Notes under the pieces: generated by a model
The model's database searches: none
The model's input: the letters and a program-made list of their open reading frames with translations, nothing else
What the model was told of the DNA's origin: nothing
Origin: an uncultured Methanosarcinaceae archaeon
Lineage (GTDB): Archaea > Halobacteriota > Methanosarcinia > Methanosarcinales > Methanosarcinaceae
Reading direction: 5' to 3'
Assembly: GCA_963727895.1 (NCBI GenBank)
Contig: CAVSHT010000003.1
Span: 160,001-224,000 of the forward strand
DNA: 64,000 nt
Part shown: piece by piece, positions 1 through 10,887 of the stretch
Layout: each line of letters starts with the position of its first letter
Position numbering within the stretch: position 1 is the stretch's first letter
Made by a program: the position numbers and the translations under genes

Positions 1-1
1 A

Positions 2-403
2 GTTGTCTATGTTGGAGGTGGAGTCCCGAAGAACTTTATTCAGCAGACAGAAGTAATAGCTTCTATTCTTGGAATTGATGTCGGAGGACATGATTACGCA
101 ATTCAGTATACTGCTGATGCACCGCACTGGGGAGGACTCTCAGGCTGTACTTTTGACGAAGCTGTTTCCTGGGGAAAGATTGCGGTCCAGGCAAAAAAAG
201 TGCAGGTTTTCGTGGACGCTACTATAGCTCTTCCTATTGTCGCTCATGCACTTCATGAAAAATGTTGTGAATTAAAGCGAAAAGTTCCAATTTTTAATTG
301 GGATGGATCTGAAGGGCTTGATATTGATTATAAAAATGAATCAAATTACAAATGTTTATTATATTTGAAAGCTTATAATATAAGAAGAGAAGGAGAAGAG
401 TAG
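2..403 (+). CDS. dys: Deoxyhypusine synthase, C-terminal part (5' end outside window)
   Basis: Frame 2 reads VVYVGGGVPKNFIQQ...HDYAIQYTADAPHWGGLSGCTFDEAVSWGK...DATIALP, the typical DHS motifs. The true stop may lie nearer 340. Confidence 0.88.
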   Translation, partial: VVYVGGGVPKNFIQQTEVIASILGIDVGGHDYAIQYTADAPHWGGLSGCTFDEAVSWGKIAVQAKKVQVFVDATIALPIVAHALHEKCCELKRKVPIFNWDGSEGLDIDYKNESNYKCLLYLKAYNIRREGEE

Positions 404-925
404 ATGGGTAAAAGAACTCGAATAATTAACGATCCTTCCTATTTAGTACCATTACTCAGGACTTTTGGGTCAAGAACTCACAAAAAGATATTTGATACAC
501 TTTCAACCAAATGGATGACCAGAGCAGAAATAGATGAATTTATGGGTACAGACTCATCAAAAAGTCTTCATATTCTGAAAAAAGCCGGACTTCTTGAGAG
601 TCAGTGGAGAGTTCCCGAAGCAGGGCAAAAACCCTCCAAAGAATACCATAGTTCCTATTCCAAGGTTCAGGTTAACTTCCAGTGTTCTTTCGAGGATTTA
701 AGTGATATTATCATGCTGACCTTCAAGCCATATGAAGAGGTCAAAGATGCAATAGAAGAACTCGAAGGATTGGTTGAAGAAGGCAATACCTCTATGAGCA
801 ATCTGACACGTACGCTTAATAGAAATCCTTTTTATATATGTGCTGTTGCTCGCAGATCTGAAAAGCTTTCAGTAATGGGACAGAGGCTAAAGTTAATTGA
901 AGATGTAGAGGAGAACTACGATTGA
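404..925 (+). CDS. ArsR-type winged-helix transcriptional regulator
   Basis: 173-aa ORF with HTH-like segment (LHILKKAGLLESQWR); overlaps the next gene. Confidence 0.7.
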   Translation: MGKRTRIINDPSYLVPLLRTFGSRTHKKIFDTLSTKWMTRAEIDEFMGTDSSKSLHILKKAGLLESQWRVPEAGQKPSKEYHSSYSKVQVNFQCSFEDLSDIIMLTFKPYEEVKDAIEELEGLVEEGNTSMSNLTRTLNRNPFYICAVARRSEKLSVMGQRLKLIEDVEENYD

Positions 926-1713
926 TGATCAAAATCCTCCAAACTAAAAGTGGAGTAACCAAGTTTCAGGTACTTATTGAAATTGCAGCCCACCAGCCAA
1001 ATGTAAGACAAAAAGAAATTGCTGAAAAGATTGGAATAACTCCTCAGGCAGTTTCCGAATATATTAAAGAGCTTGTAAATGATGGGCTGATAGTTACTGA
1101 GGGCCGGGTCCGCTATAGGATTACAAAAGAAGGTGTGGAATGGGTCCTTGATAATGCCGCCGATATGAAGCAGTACGCTCGCTTTGTTATGGAGGATATA
1201 ATCAACCATATTTCAACCTGGACAGCTATTGCAAAAGAGAATGTAGAAAAAGGTCAGCAGGTATACCTGAAAATGGAAAAAGGACTCCTGTACGTAAGCA
1301 GTATAGAGAAAACAGGTGCATCAGGCACTGTCATTTCCGATGCAGATACAGGGGAAGATGTAGGAGTAACGAGCTTAAAGGGTCTGATCGATCTCGAAAA
1401 TGCTATTATTACAATCTGCAAAGTTCCGAGAATCGAGCGTGGAGGATCAAGAAAAGTAGATATTGAACGTCTGAAGGCTCTGACAGTCTCAAAGCCCTAT
1501 ATAGCAGCTATCGGCGTGGAAGCTCTTATAGCCCTGCGCAAGATCGATATAACTCCGAATGTCATGTTCGGAACCAATGAGTCAGTTATTGAGGCTGCAT
1601 ATCACGGTCTATCATCTCTTGTAGTCTCAGTGGATGAACAGGTTCCTTCCCTTCTTAACAGATTGGAAACCGATAACCTTGAGTATGAACTTGTAGACCT
1701 GACACTCGAATAA
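922..1713 (+). CDS. Winged-helix transcriptional regulator (archaeal COG1497-like)
   Basis: N-terminal HTH QKEIAEKIGITPQAVSEYIKELVNDGLI. Confidence 0.75.
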   Translation: MMIKILQTKSGVTKFQVLIEIAAHQPNVRQKEIAEKIGITPQAVSEYIKELVNDGLIVTEGRVRYRITKEGVEWVLDNAADMKQYARFVMEDIINHISTWTAIAKENVEKGQQVYLKMEKGLLYVSSIEKTGASGTVISDADTGEDVGVTSLKGLIDLENAIITICKVPRIERGGSRKVDIERLKALTVSKPYIAAIGVEALIALRKIDITPNVMFGTNESVIEAAYHGLSSLVVSVDEQVPSLLNRLETDNLEYELVDLTLE

Positions 1714-1856
1714 TTCCTAATTTCTACTATTTTTTAAAAAATATCAGGCCTACAGTTCGGCTCAAAAATTTCTATTTTTTCCAAACACTGTTAGCATCCC
1801 GAAAATCTTGTCAAAACCTTTCAGAGTAGCTGAAGCCGTTGAGCTGTAATCATCGA

Positions 1857-2022
1857 GTCGTTTGATCACGCCGAAAATACAATTTTCGATAAAACTTTTT
1901 CTCAAAAGGTTTTCGCTCAAGCCTTTTTTGAAAAGGCTTGCTGAAACCGTTGCGCCGGTTTATCACGCCGACAATGATGTTTTCGCTCAAGCCTTTTTTG
2001 AAAAGGCTTGTGAAAAGGCTTG
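1857..2022. repeat. Intergenic palindromic repeat element
   Basis: Exact 32-bp repeat GTTTTCGCTCAAGCCTTTTTTGAAAAGGCTTG at 1909-1940 and 1979-2010, each containing a hairpin, plus TTT(G)ATCACGCCGA twice; related copy at 63817-63930. Confidence 0.75.
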
Positions 2023-2072
2023 CTATAGATTTATCTTGAGCTAATATATTAATAATGACTAGGAGATTTCCC

Positions 2073-2618
2073 ATGAAATTGATTGTACTTTCTGATACTC
2101 ATATGAAATCCGGAGAAATTCCTCCTCAACTTAAAACACTCCTTGAAGAGTGTGATCTTATAGTTCATGCAGGGGATTTCAGTAATGTAGAAGCCTACCA
2201 GGCCTTCAATGCCTTCGGCAAATTAAAGGCCGTTTTTGGAAATGATGATGTCTATGAACTCAAAAAGCTCCTTCCTGAAAGGCTGAAATTCGAAGTTGAA
2301 GGGGTAAAAATCGGAGTTGTACACGAAGGTGGACTTTCAGTTACCGATACGACTGCGCAAGGTTACCTGACAAAAGAAATGGATGTAGATATTTTGATTT
2401 TTGGGCATCTGCACAGACCTTTAATAGAAAAAAAGGATGTTGTGCTTGTTTGTCCTGGCTCTCCTACAAAACCCAGAATGTCAAGCCCAAGTGTTGTGGA
2501 ACTCATTATTGAAAAAGGAAGTATTAATGGAAGGATAATTACTCTTCAAGGAGATACCTGTCAATATATAAAGTTCCAGGATTCCCTGGAAAAACGTAAG
2601 ACCGAAAAAAAATCTTAA
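2073..2618 (+). CDS. Metallophosphoesterase, YfcE/MJ0936 family
   Basis: Motifs SDTH, HAGD, GNDD, GHLH, PGS. Confidence 0.9.
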   Translation: MKLIVLSDTHMKSGEIPPQLKTLLEECDLIVHAGDFSNVEAYQAFNAFGKLKAVFGNDDVYELKKLLPERLKFEVEGVKIGVVHEGGLSVTDTTAQGYLTKEMDVDILIFGHLHRPLIEKKDVVLVCPGSPTKPRMSSPSVVELIIEKGSINGRIITLQGDTCQYIKFQDSLEKRKTEKKS

Positions 2619-2803
2619 ATAAAAAATTTTGAGTGCTTGAAACTTGCAGGAATATGTCGAAAGGAAATTGCATCCTCAACTAGTCTATGCAATAATATGT
2701 TTATAACTCTATAATTATATTTTAATAATGAGGTCATTTAGTCTTAAAACTTGCACATGCATTGCTAATCAGGGTACTAGAAGGTCAGCTGTCACAAATC
2801 TGG

Positions 2804-3025
2804 TTACATCGTTTCCAGTTTGAACATAACACCTGTACCTTGAAGACTTAAGTATACCTTATCCCCAAACTCCAAAATTTTCTCCACACCGACACTGCTA
2901 TTCCAGTTGTATACAAAATCGTAACTTCCCTGCATGGGTTCGAAACCTAGAGACATCAGCCGCTGGTTTACTTCTGACGGACGAGTTCCCTCACTGCTGA
3001 ACCAGACCAGAAGATAGGTTTTCAC
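2804..3025 (-). CDS. Small hypothetical protein
   Basis: 73-aa ORF with GTG start and upstream RBS-like GTGAGA. Confidence 0.7.
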   Translation of the reverse strand: MKTYLLVWFSSEGTRPSEVNQRLMSLGFEPMQGSYDFVYNWNSSVGVEKILEFGDKVYLSLQGTGVMFKLETM

Positions 3026-3201
3026 ATGATCATCTCACTACTAGATTCATTATTTTTCCACTAAGCTTCATTAAAATGCAATTTATTCATTTTATACAAG
3101 GTTTATTTTATTTATCTATATTTTGCCTCATCTGGCTCTAAGACCGGTAATATTAAGAATTAATGAGATAATCTTCTTGAGTACAATTTCTTCTTGCCTA
3201 T

Positions 3202-3591
3202 TCAAACCTTACTTATATGTAAACTGTACCGCGTCTCTACATCATAAGTATTTTTAAGTTCCTCTTCAGTCAGGATTCCTTTCTCTATCAATTTGCTCAT
3301 GTTCTTCCTGTCAACTGATTCTACTATATCCCAGAGGTCTTTCTTCATAAGGTAAGGTTTTAACCTGTTAATGCGCCAGAGTTTCCATTCAACCTTCTGT
3401 CTCTTGAGTTCCACATTTCCGATTCTCAATACATCGATGCCCTTTTCCATCAAAATACTAAGAATGTGGTTTCTTAATTCCTCTCTGCGCTTTTCCAGGA
3501 TTGAAATTGCTGAGACAATATCATCGTATTCAAGCACAATATCTGCAAGATCCATATCTTCAGGGTCCTGCTCATTTATATCGAGTTCCAC
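3202..3591 (-). CDS. Hypothetical protein
   Basis: 129-aa ORF with GGAGGG RBS upstream and acidic N-terminus. Confidence 0.65.
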   Translation of the reverse strand: MELDINEQDPEDMDLADIVLEYDDIVSAISILEKRREELRNHILSILMEKGIDVLRIGNVELKRQKVEWKLWRINRLKPYLMKKDLWDIVESVDRKNMSKLIEKGILTEEELKNTYDVETRYSLHISKV

Positions 3592-3882
3592 GATTCTACC
3601 CTCCGTGTATATGCTGGAAAACTCTTCTTAATTTAATTTTCTGGACTTTTGATTGTCTGGACTTCGAATTAACGGAACTACTTGATGAGATTTGAACTTA
3701 TTACGAGATTTAAACTTATTAATACTTGATTTTAGAGTTTGGCACTTATAAGGCTGCTTTTTAGAAAGATTTTTGAAGAAGCTTATAGTTTTTGAAGAAA
3801 TTTAAGAACGCTTGAATATATATAGAAAAAAAGCGCCCAGAATATCGTGGGGTTGTAACATATCATACATTATTAATACTGG

Positions 3883-4234
3883 CATGACAGAAGCACAGAA
3901 AGCTCAAAGACGCAAAATTGACCCTAAGTGGATAGATCCGGACGGTATGACTGAGGAAGAGTATCAGGCAGCCATGGATAAGATGTGGCCCAGGCTTGCA
4001 GAGCCAGACGAGGAAGGCTTTGATCTTAACCTGGAGGATCCCAGGCGGCGGTTTTGTATGACCTATGAGGGGGTAACTTTTACCAAGGCATCTTCAATTT
4101 CTGAGGAAGAAAAAGCCGAAGCTGAAGCCATGTGGGAGATCATGACTGGAGGAGATTACAGTCCAGCAAAAAAGGAAAAAATGAAATTCACTTTCGATGA
4201 AGCTCACTCTCAGAATACTGGGAAAAAACCTTGA
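3883..4234 (+). CDS. Acidic hypothetical protein
   Basis: Protein-like ORF; likely start MTEAQK at 3883. Confidence 0.55.
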
Positions 4235-4323
4235 AATTAATTAGCTGGTAAAAATATAAAAAGGTAAAGAGTGAACTATACCGTAGTCCCTCTTAAATCT
4301 TGGAGATACTGTAAAATTCTTTT

Positions 4324-5815
4324 TTAATTCTCTTCATTTTCACCGTTAATGGTAGCCATAATCTCCTTGAAACTTGCAAGTGAAGCTTCCATATTCTCAA
4401 TTATTTCATTTACAAGAATATCAGGGTCTGGAAGGTTATCCAGATCAGCGAGGCTTTTGTCTTTGAGCCAGAAAATATCCAGATTGGTTTTGTCTCTTGC
4501 TACGATTTCTTCATAGCTGAATTTTCGGAACCTGCCTTCTGGAGATTCTTCACTCCAGGTTTCTTTACGGCTGTAGCGGTTTTCGGGGTTATAGTATTTA
4601 ATAAAGTCTTCCAGATCCGAATATTTCAGAGAGTTCTTTTTTAATGTGTGGTGCACATTTGTGCGGTAATCATAGATCCAGACTTCTTTTGTCCAGGACT
4701 CTTTTGATGCGGTTTTTGCTTCGAAGAAAAGGACGTTTGCTTTTACGCCGTTTGCATAGAAAATTCCTGTAGGGAGCCTCAGGATTGTATGCAGGTCTGT
4801 AGTTTCAAGGAGTTTTTTGCGGATGGTCTCGCCTGCTCCGCCTTCAAACAGGACGTTGTCAGGCAATACAACTGCTGCCTGCCCACCGATTTTGAAAATT
4901 GTATGGATGTGCTGCAAAAAGTTTAGCTGCTTGTTGCTTGTGGTCGTCCAGAAGTCCTGGCGGTTGTAAGTTAAATCTTCTTTTTCCTGCTCGCCTTCTT
5001 CGTTTGTGAAGGTCATGCTGCTCTTTTTTCTAAACGGAGGGTTTTTGAGGATGTAATCGTAACAGTAGCCCGAATCGGCTATTAGAGCATCGGAGTTTGA
5101 GATCATGGGTTCACCGTCGATTTCTCCTATGTTGTGCAAGAACATGTTCATCAGGGCAAGCCGCCGGGTTCCGGCAACGATTTCGTTCCCGCCAAAGGTT
5201 TTGTTTTTCAGGAAACGGCTCTGTTCTTTGTCCAGCCGGTAATTTGAGGTAAGGAAATCATAGGCTGCTAAAAAGAACCCTCCTGTACCGCAGCAGGGAT
5301 CTCCGATTGTTTTCAGGGGCTCTGGCTGGAGACATTGGACCATGACTTTGATTAGAGGTCTGGGTGTGAAATACTGACCGGCTCCGCTTTTTGTATCTTC
5401 GGCATTCTTTTGCAGGAGCCCTTCGTAAATTTCTCCTTTTGTGTCCACACCCATCATGACCCAGCTTTCTTTGTCGATCATGTCAATGATCTTATACAGC
5501 ATGGCAGGATCGCTGACCTTGTTCTGGGCTTTGAGGAAAATTTGACCGAGCATCCCTGGTTTTTGACCAAGCTCTTCCAGTAGTTCCCTGTAGCGAGTAT
5601 CAAGTTCGGCTCCACGCTGCTGTTTCAGTTTGTCCCAGGTATATTCTTCAGGGATGCCGATATTTTTGTTGTACGGCGGCTTACTGAATTCTTCAGCCAT
5701 TTTCAGGAATATTAGATAAGTCAACTGTTCCAGATAATCGCCATAGCTCACGCCTCCGTCCCGCAGGACGTTGCAGAAGCTCCAGACTTTGGAAACGAGG
5801 GATGAGGTGTTTTCA
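4324..5815 (-). CDS. hsdM: Type I R-M methyltransferase subunit M (start region possibly damaged)
   Basis: GAGQYFTPR, DPCCGTGGF and NPPF motifs; the in-frame N-terminus ENTSSLVSKVWSFCNVLRDGGVSYGDYLEQ has no in-frame ATG. Confidence 0.9.
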
Positions 5816-5941
5816 TACCTGTATTGGACCCTTAAAATAAAAGTAATGCAATATTAAAGTGATATTTTTGCTTTAAAACCTGATTATTAACGTTTATTTG
5901 TCAATTTGTTCAAAAGCTTTCAGGGTAGCTTGTTGGATAAT

Positions 5942-6440
5942 TTATTTGTCTTCTTGAATGATGCTTTTCAGTTGCTCAGATGTTTGCTTTCCTTTCTTTC
6001 CATTTCCTGCTTTTTCAGTCTTAATTCTCTCTAACAAAACTTCCACAGGTTCCCAATCCTCTGCCCCTCGAACCTCTGCCAGTTCTCTTTCATTAAGCAA
6101 CTTCCCCTCAAACGCTTTTTTCAAAATAATCTGCCGCAGTGCTTCGGCTTTTTCCAGATTATCTTTAATGTCCTGCTCTATTTTATCGCAGACTGAAAGG
6201 CGGATTTCGATTTCCTGAACGATGGCTTGTTGTTCAGGAAGAGAAGGCAAGAAAAAAAATCATTTTACGTAAATCTTCTAAATGTAAATGCTTTAATCCT
6301 GAACCTTTTCCTATTTTTGTTGTCTGTTTTTGACCGAAAGGAGATTCGATGAAATAACTGAGATAATCACTATTCAAACATTCTTTAATTGGTTTCATCA
6401 TTGCAACAGATACAAAAATACTAAACATATTTTTAATTTT
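5942..6440 (-). pseudogene. hsdS: Type I R-M specificity subunit, C-terminal remnant
   Basis: PSLPEQQAIVQEIE...LRQIILKKAFEGKL; frameshift at the A-run near 6252-6259; 5' part replaced by IS1. Confidence 0.85.
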
Positions 6441-7179
6441 GGTATTGTTAACTAAATATATCTAGTTCTCTATTTCTGTATTTCATCAATAGAATAACCA
6501 AGTACTTTAGCATTTCAAGACTTTTTTATAACACTTTGTCTTTTTTCTCAACCTTGCTAGAAAATGCCTCAGTATGCTGTTATATCCTTCAACAGTATAC
6601 GTTTCTGCTTTAGATTGAGTATGGATATTTTCTGGAAGAAACTCTGCATATGCCCTCCAGTGATCTGTCATCACTTCTCCAATCTATTTTTTCTTCACTT
6701 TTTCCCAGAGTAGTTTTCCAGTTTCCGTTCCTCTGCTACCAAAAGAGCAGTTGATGAACTTTTTCCCAACTCTATCAACAGCAATCCAGATCCAGCAATA
6801 TTTTTTTTGTTACCGATGTAAGTGTGCATCTCATCCATTTCAACAATAGATATCTCACTTTCACTTTTTAGGTTCTCTAACTCCTGACCAAATTTCTTGA
6901 TCCATCTTTGGACAGAAACATGACTCACCCCTAAAAATCGTCCTATTGAACGAAAGCCTAATCCTTCAAGGTAAAGTTGTAATGCCTGTCTTTTTACAGA
7001 GGCGGAAAAAGCAGTTGATTTTAGCTCTACTGTATAGTTATAGCCACAATCAGAGCATTTGTACCGTTGACGCCCGCCAACTATACCATTCTTTTTGTGA
7101 CTGTAACTATTACATTTTGGGCAGTTCATGAAGAAATATATGTTCTCATAATAAATAACTATAGTTAATTATCAATGCC
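6441..7179 (-). mobile_element. IS1-family element, copy 1 (insB nonsense codon)
   Basis: IRs GGCATTGAT/GGTATTGTT; InsA Zn-finger CPKC..CSDC at 6695-7129; A8 frameshift motif; GAG>TAG in insB. Confidence 0.95.
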
Positions 7180-9553
7180 TTCATTTTAGAGACATGAAAT
7201 TCTTGAGGGATATCTTAAGAAGAAACCTTTGAGGGAGAGGCTGCTGGAGCTTCCTGAATTAAAGACAGATGGCCTGCGAGACTGCCAGATCACAGCGATT
7301 TTGAATCTTGAAAAGTCCTTTAAGGACAATCGCCCAAGGGCTCTTATTCAGATGGCAACAGGTTCAGGAAAAACATATACTGCTATAACTTTTATCTACC
7401 GGTTACTGAAGTTTGCGGATGCAAAAAAGGTACTGTTCCTTGTTGATACCAAGAATCTCGGTGAGCAGGCTGAGCAGGAATTCTAAGCTTATACTCCAAA
7501 TGATGATAACCGCAAGTTTACTGAGCTTTATAATGCGCAGCGTTTGAGCTCCAGTTATATTACATCGGACAGCCAGGTATGTATTTCCACAATCCAGCGG
7601 CTTTACTCTATATTGAAAGGCGAGGATCTGGACGAAGAGATTGAGGAAGAAAATCCTGCCGAGAAAGGATGGCAGCCAAAGGAACCGCTTCCTGTAGTTT
7701 ATAATGAGAAAGTCCCTATTGAGACTTTTGATTTTGTAGTTGTAGACGAGTGTCACCGTTCAATACATAACCTGTGGCAGCAGGTGCTGGATTATTTCGA
7801 TGCTTTTTTGATAGGGCTGACAGCAACGCCGGATAACCGTACTTTTTCTTTTTTCAATGGGAATGTGGTGAGTGAATATAGCTATGAAGATACAGTCGCG
7901 GATGGCGTGAATGTGGGTTATGAAGTGTATACTATCGAGACTGATATCAGCAAAAACGGAGGAAAAATACCTGCTCAGGAGTTTGTGGATCGAAGGGAGA
8001 AGCTCACCCGTAAAAAACGATGGGAACAACTGGACGAAGATTTAACTTATACTGCTAAAAATCTGGATCGGTATGTGGTCAATCCCAGCCAGATACGCCA
8101 TGTGATAAGGATATTTAAGGAAAAGCTACCTGAAATATTCCCTGGCAGAGAAGAAGTCCCAAAAACCCTTATTTTTGCTAAAAATGACAGCCATGCAGAT
8201 GATATTATCAATATTGTGAGGGAAGAGTTTGGAGAGGGCAATGCTTTTTGCAAAAAAGTGACCTACAAAGCGGAAGAAGGCCCTAAATCAATATTATCAG
8301 AGCTTCGCAACGGTCCCCATCTCAGAATAGCGGTTACAGTAGATATGATTGCTACTGGAACGGATGTTAAGCCGCTGGAATGTCTTTTGTTTATGAGGGA
8401 TGTAAAGAGCAAGAATTATTTTGAGCAGATGATAGGGCGAGGTACACGAACTCTGGGATACGATGACCTGAGAAAAGTGACACCATCGGCTGTTTCAGCT
8501 AAGACTCATTTTGTGATTGTGGACGCTGTTGGAGTTACGAATACTTTGAAAACCGACAGCCGACCTCTGGAACGTAAGAAAAGCACATCTCTTAAAGACC
8601 TGCTGGCAGCAGTAACTTTTGGGGCCCAGGACGAAGATCTTTATGTTTCTCTGGCTAATCGGCTTGCAAGACTGGACAGGCAGATAAATGAGGCTGAGAT
8701 AGCTACTTTTGCGGAGAAAGCGAACGGAAAAACAATCAATCAGACTATTAAAGATCTGTTAAATGCTTATAATCCTGATGTTATTGATTTCAAAGCTTAT
8801 GAGATTAAACAAAGCCAGCCGGAGATTTCGGAAGCCAATGCAAGAAAAATGGCACAGGAGAACCTGATTGATGTTGCAAGATCGACTTTTTCAGGCAAGC
8901 TGAACGAGTATATTGAAAATGTCCGCAGAGTCCATGAGCAGATTATTGATACTGTGAATACTGATACGGTTCTCAGAGCCGAATGGGATAAAGATGCAGT
9001 TGTCAGGGCAGATGAGCTAGTTACAGATTTTAAGGCGTATATGGAAGCTAATAAAGACGAGCTTACAGCTCTTAGTATTTTTTATAACTAGCCTTACAGG
9101 CGCAGGGAAGTTACTTTTGCGATGTTGAAATAAGTGATGGAAAAATGGAGGCTGGAAAAACCCCATTTTGCTCCTATAAGAGTCTGGCAGGCTTATGAGC
9201 AGCTGGAAAAGGTGAACGGGAATTCTCCGAAAAAAGAATTGATTGCTCTGGTTTCTTTGATCCGCAGGATAACTGAGATCGACCCTGTTCTGACGGCTTA
9301 CGACCAGACCGTTGACCGGAATTTTCAGGACTGGGTATTTAAAAAGCAGGCAGGAACCCTGAAATTTAATGAAGATCAGATGAACTGGCTCCGTATGATT
9401 AAGGATTATGTTGCAACCAGCTTCCATCTGGAAATCGATGACCTTGATTTTCATCCCTTTGATATTCTTGGAGGACGCGGAAAAATGTACCAGCTTTTCG
9501 GGAACGAGATGAATCTGGTTATCAGTGAATTGAATGAGGCTCTGGCGACTTGA
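7180..9553 (+). pseudogene. hsdR: Type I R-M restriction subunit (EcoEI-like), N-terminally truncated, three nonsense codons
   Basis: MATGSGKT, DECHR, GLTATP, QMIGRGTR; in-frame stops at 7484, 9089 and 9131. Confidence 0.92.
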
Positions 9554-9569
9554 AATAGGTAATTAATAA

Positions 9570-9659
9570 GTAATTAAGAACTAATAAGCGACTAAAGGTA
9601 ATTAATCAAACTAATAAGCGACTAAAAGTAATTAATCAAACTAATAAGCGACTAATAGT
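9570..9659. repeat. 30-bp tandem repeat x3
   Basis: CTAATAAGCGACTAA at 9581, 9611 and 9641. Confidence 0.9.
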
Positions 9660-9691
9660 GACAATAAAGAATAATTATTCAGGAATTCTCT

Positions 9692-10375
9692 TCAAAATCC
9701 TGGAAATAGCTTATATGTTCTATCTCTGTACTCTTCATATTCTGAACCAAAAGCTTCTTGCAATGCTTTTTCTTCAACACGTATGCGGTACTGATATGCG
9801 ATTAAGCTTAAAGCGAATGCAATAAGCACTCCAAACCATGTCCCAACTGAGAGAGGAATTCCTAGCAGGGACAGCATACCTCCAGTATAGGAAGGGTGTC
9901 GGATATAGTTGTAAGGTCCATTTATTACGAGTTTTGCTTTTTCACGAACCTGTATCCTTTTGGTAAAATACTTTCCAAGAACCCAGATTGACCATTCGCG
10001 GAGTATAATTCCGGCTGTAAGCAAAATAAGTCCTGCGTATTGCAAATTTCCGCCGAATGTTCCTATCCCAGAACTACGCAAGGTAAAAGCAATAACGATG
10101 ACTGACCAGCACATAACTATAACGACCCAAAAAGAACCTTTATCTTTATTTGTCGCCTGCGAATTCTTTCTGCTAATAAGAGAGTTTATGGTTTCAGTTA
10201 AAATCCATCCACAAAAAAGAATCATGAAAGTTGAACTTGCAAATTGAGAGGGAAACCAATAATCGGGAAAAACTGAGCGCTGTTGTAATTGAAAAATGGC
10301 AAACAACACCAAAACAATAATCATCGACGTGGTAGGGATATTATTGAAAATACGACTACCCGATATTTTTGTCAT
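9692..10375 (-). CDS. Isoprenylcysteine carboxylmethyltransferase-family membrane protein
   Basis: GPYNYIRHPSYTG and RIRVEEKALQEAFGSEYEEY motifs; hydrophobic. Confidence 0.88.
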   Translation of the reverse strand: MTKISGSRIFNNIPTTSMIIVLVLFAIFQLQQRSVFPDYWFPSQFASSTFMILFCGWILTETINSLISRKNSQATNKDKGSFWVVIVMCWSVIVIAFTLRSSGIGTFGGNLQYAGLILLTAGIILREWSIWVLGKYFTKRIQVREKAKLVINGPYNYIRHPSYTGGMLSLLGIPLSVGTWFGVLIAFALSLIAYQYRIRVEEKALQEAFGSEYEEYRDRTYKLFPGF

Positions 10376-10509
10376 AATAATTCTTCCTGAAGTGTAAAAG
10401 TATTAGTGAATTATTTCGAAACTGAGATAATCAGGTTAATTTGTATTCATAACTTACATTAAAAATTTTAATAATACTTGGCACATATAAATAAAAGGAT
10501 TTCGAGTAA

Positions 10510-10803
10510 ATGGACGAAAAATTGGGTAAAAAGTTGGGAGAAAAGTTGGAAGAAAAGTTGGGAGAAAAGTTGGGAGAAAAGTTGGGAGAAAAGTTGGGAG
10601 AAAAGTTGGGAGAAAAGAAATTGGCAATTGTAAAAGAAATAAGTAAAGATCCAAAGATAACAATTTCATAGCTAAGTCAAATAGTAGGAATTAGCACTAA
10701 TGCAATTGAAAACAACATTGCAAAACTAAAAGAAAAAGGCATTTTGAAAAGGATTGGTCCAGATAAAGGCGGATATTGGGAAGTTGATTTGGAAAACAAA
10801 TAA
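10510..10803 (+). pseudogene. C-terminal wHTH remnant with (KLGE)n linker
   Basis: 12-bp repeat AAGTTGGGAGAA x7 (one variant) at 10531-10614; internal TAG at 10669; ends LKEKGILKRIGPDKGGYWEV. Confidence 0.75.
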
Positions 10804-10887
10804 ATTAATTCTTGAAAATAAGTTGGGAGAAAAATTTGAATATAAAATTAAATGAGGTTTTGATGGCGTGGAAATGGTGAGTTATCT

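Noticed and set aside
340..403. Genuine C-terminal extension of deoxyhypusine synthase abutting the next gene
   Set aside because: AT-rich and looks like a promoter/RBS region; one extra A in the run near 331-336 would give a stop, so it cannot be supported
1850..2074. Short ORFs on both strands
   Set aside because: They lie over the palindromic repeat and have no protein-like features
10454..10669. (FLPT)n protein on minus strand
   Set aside because: Antisense shadow of the KLGE repeat
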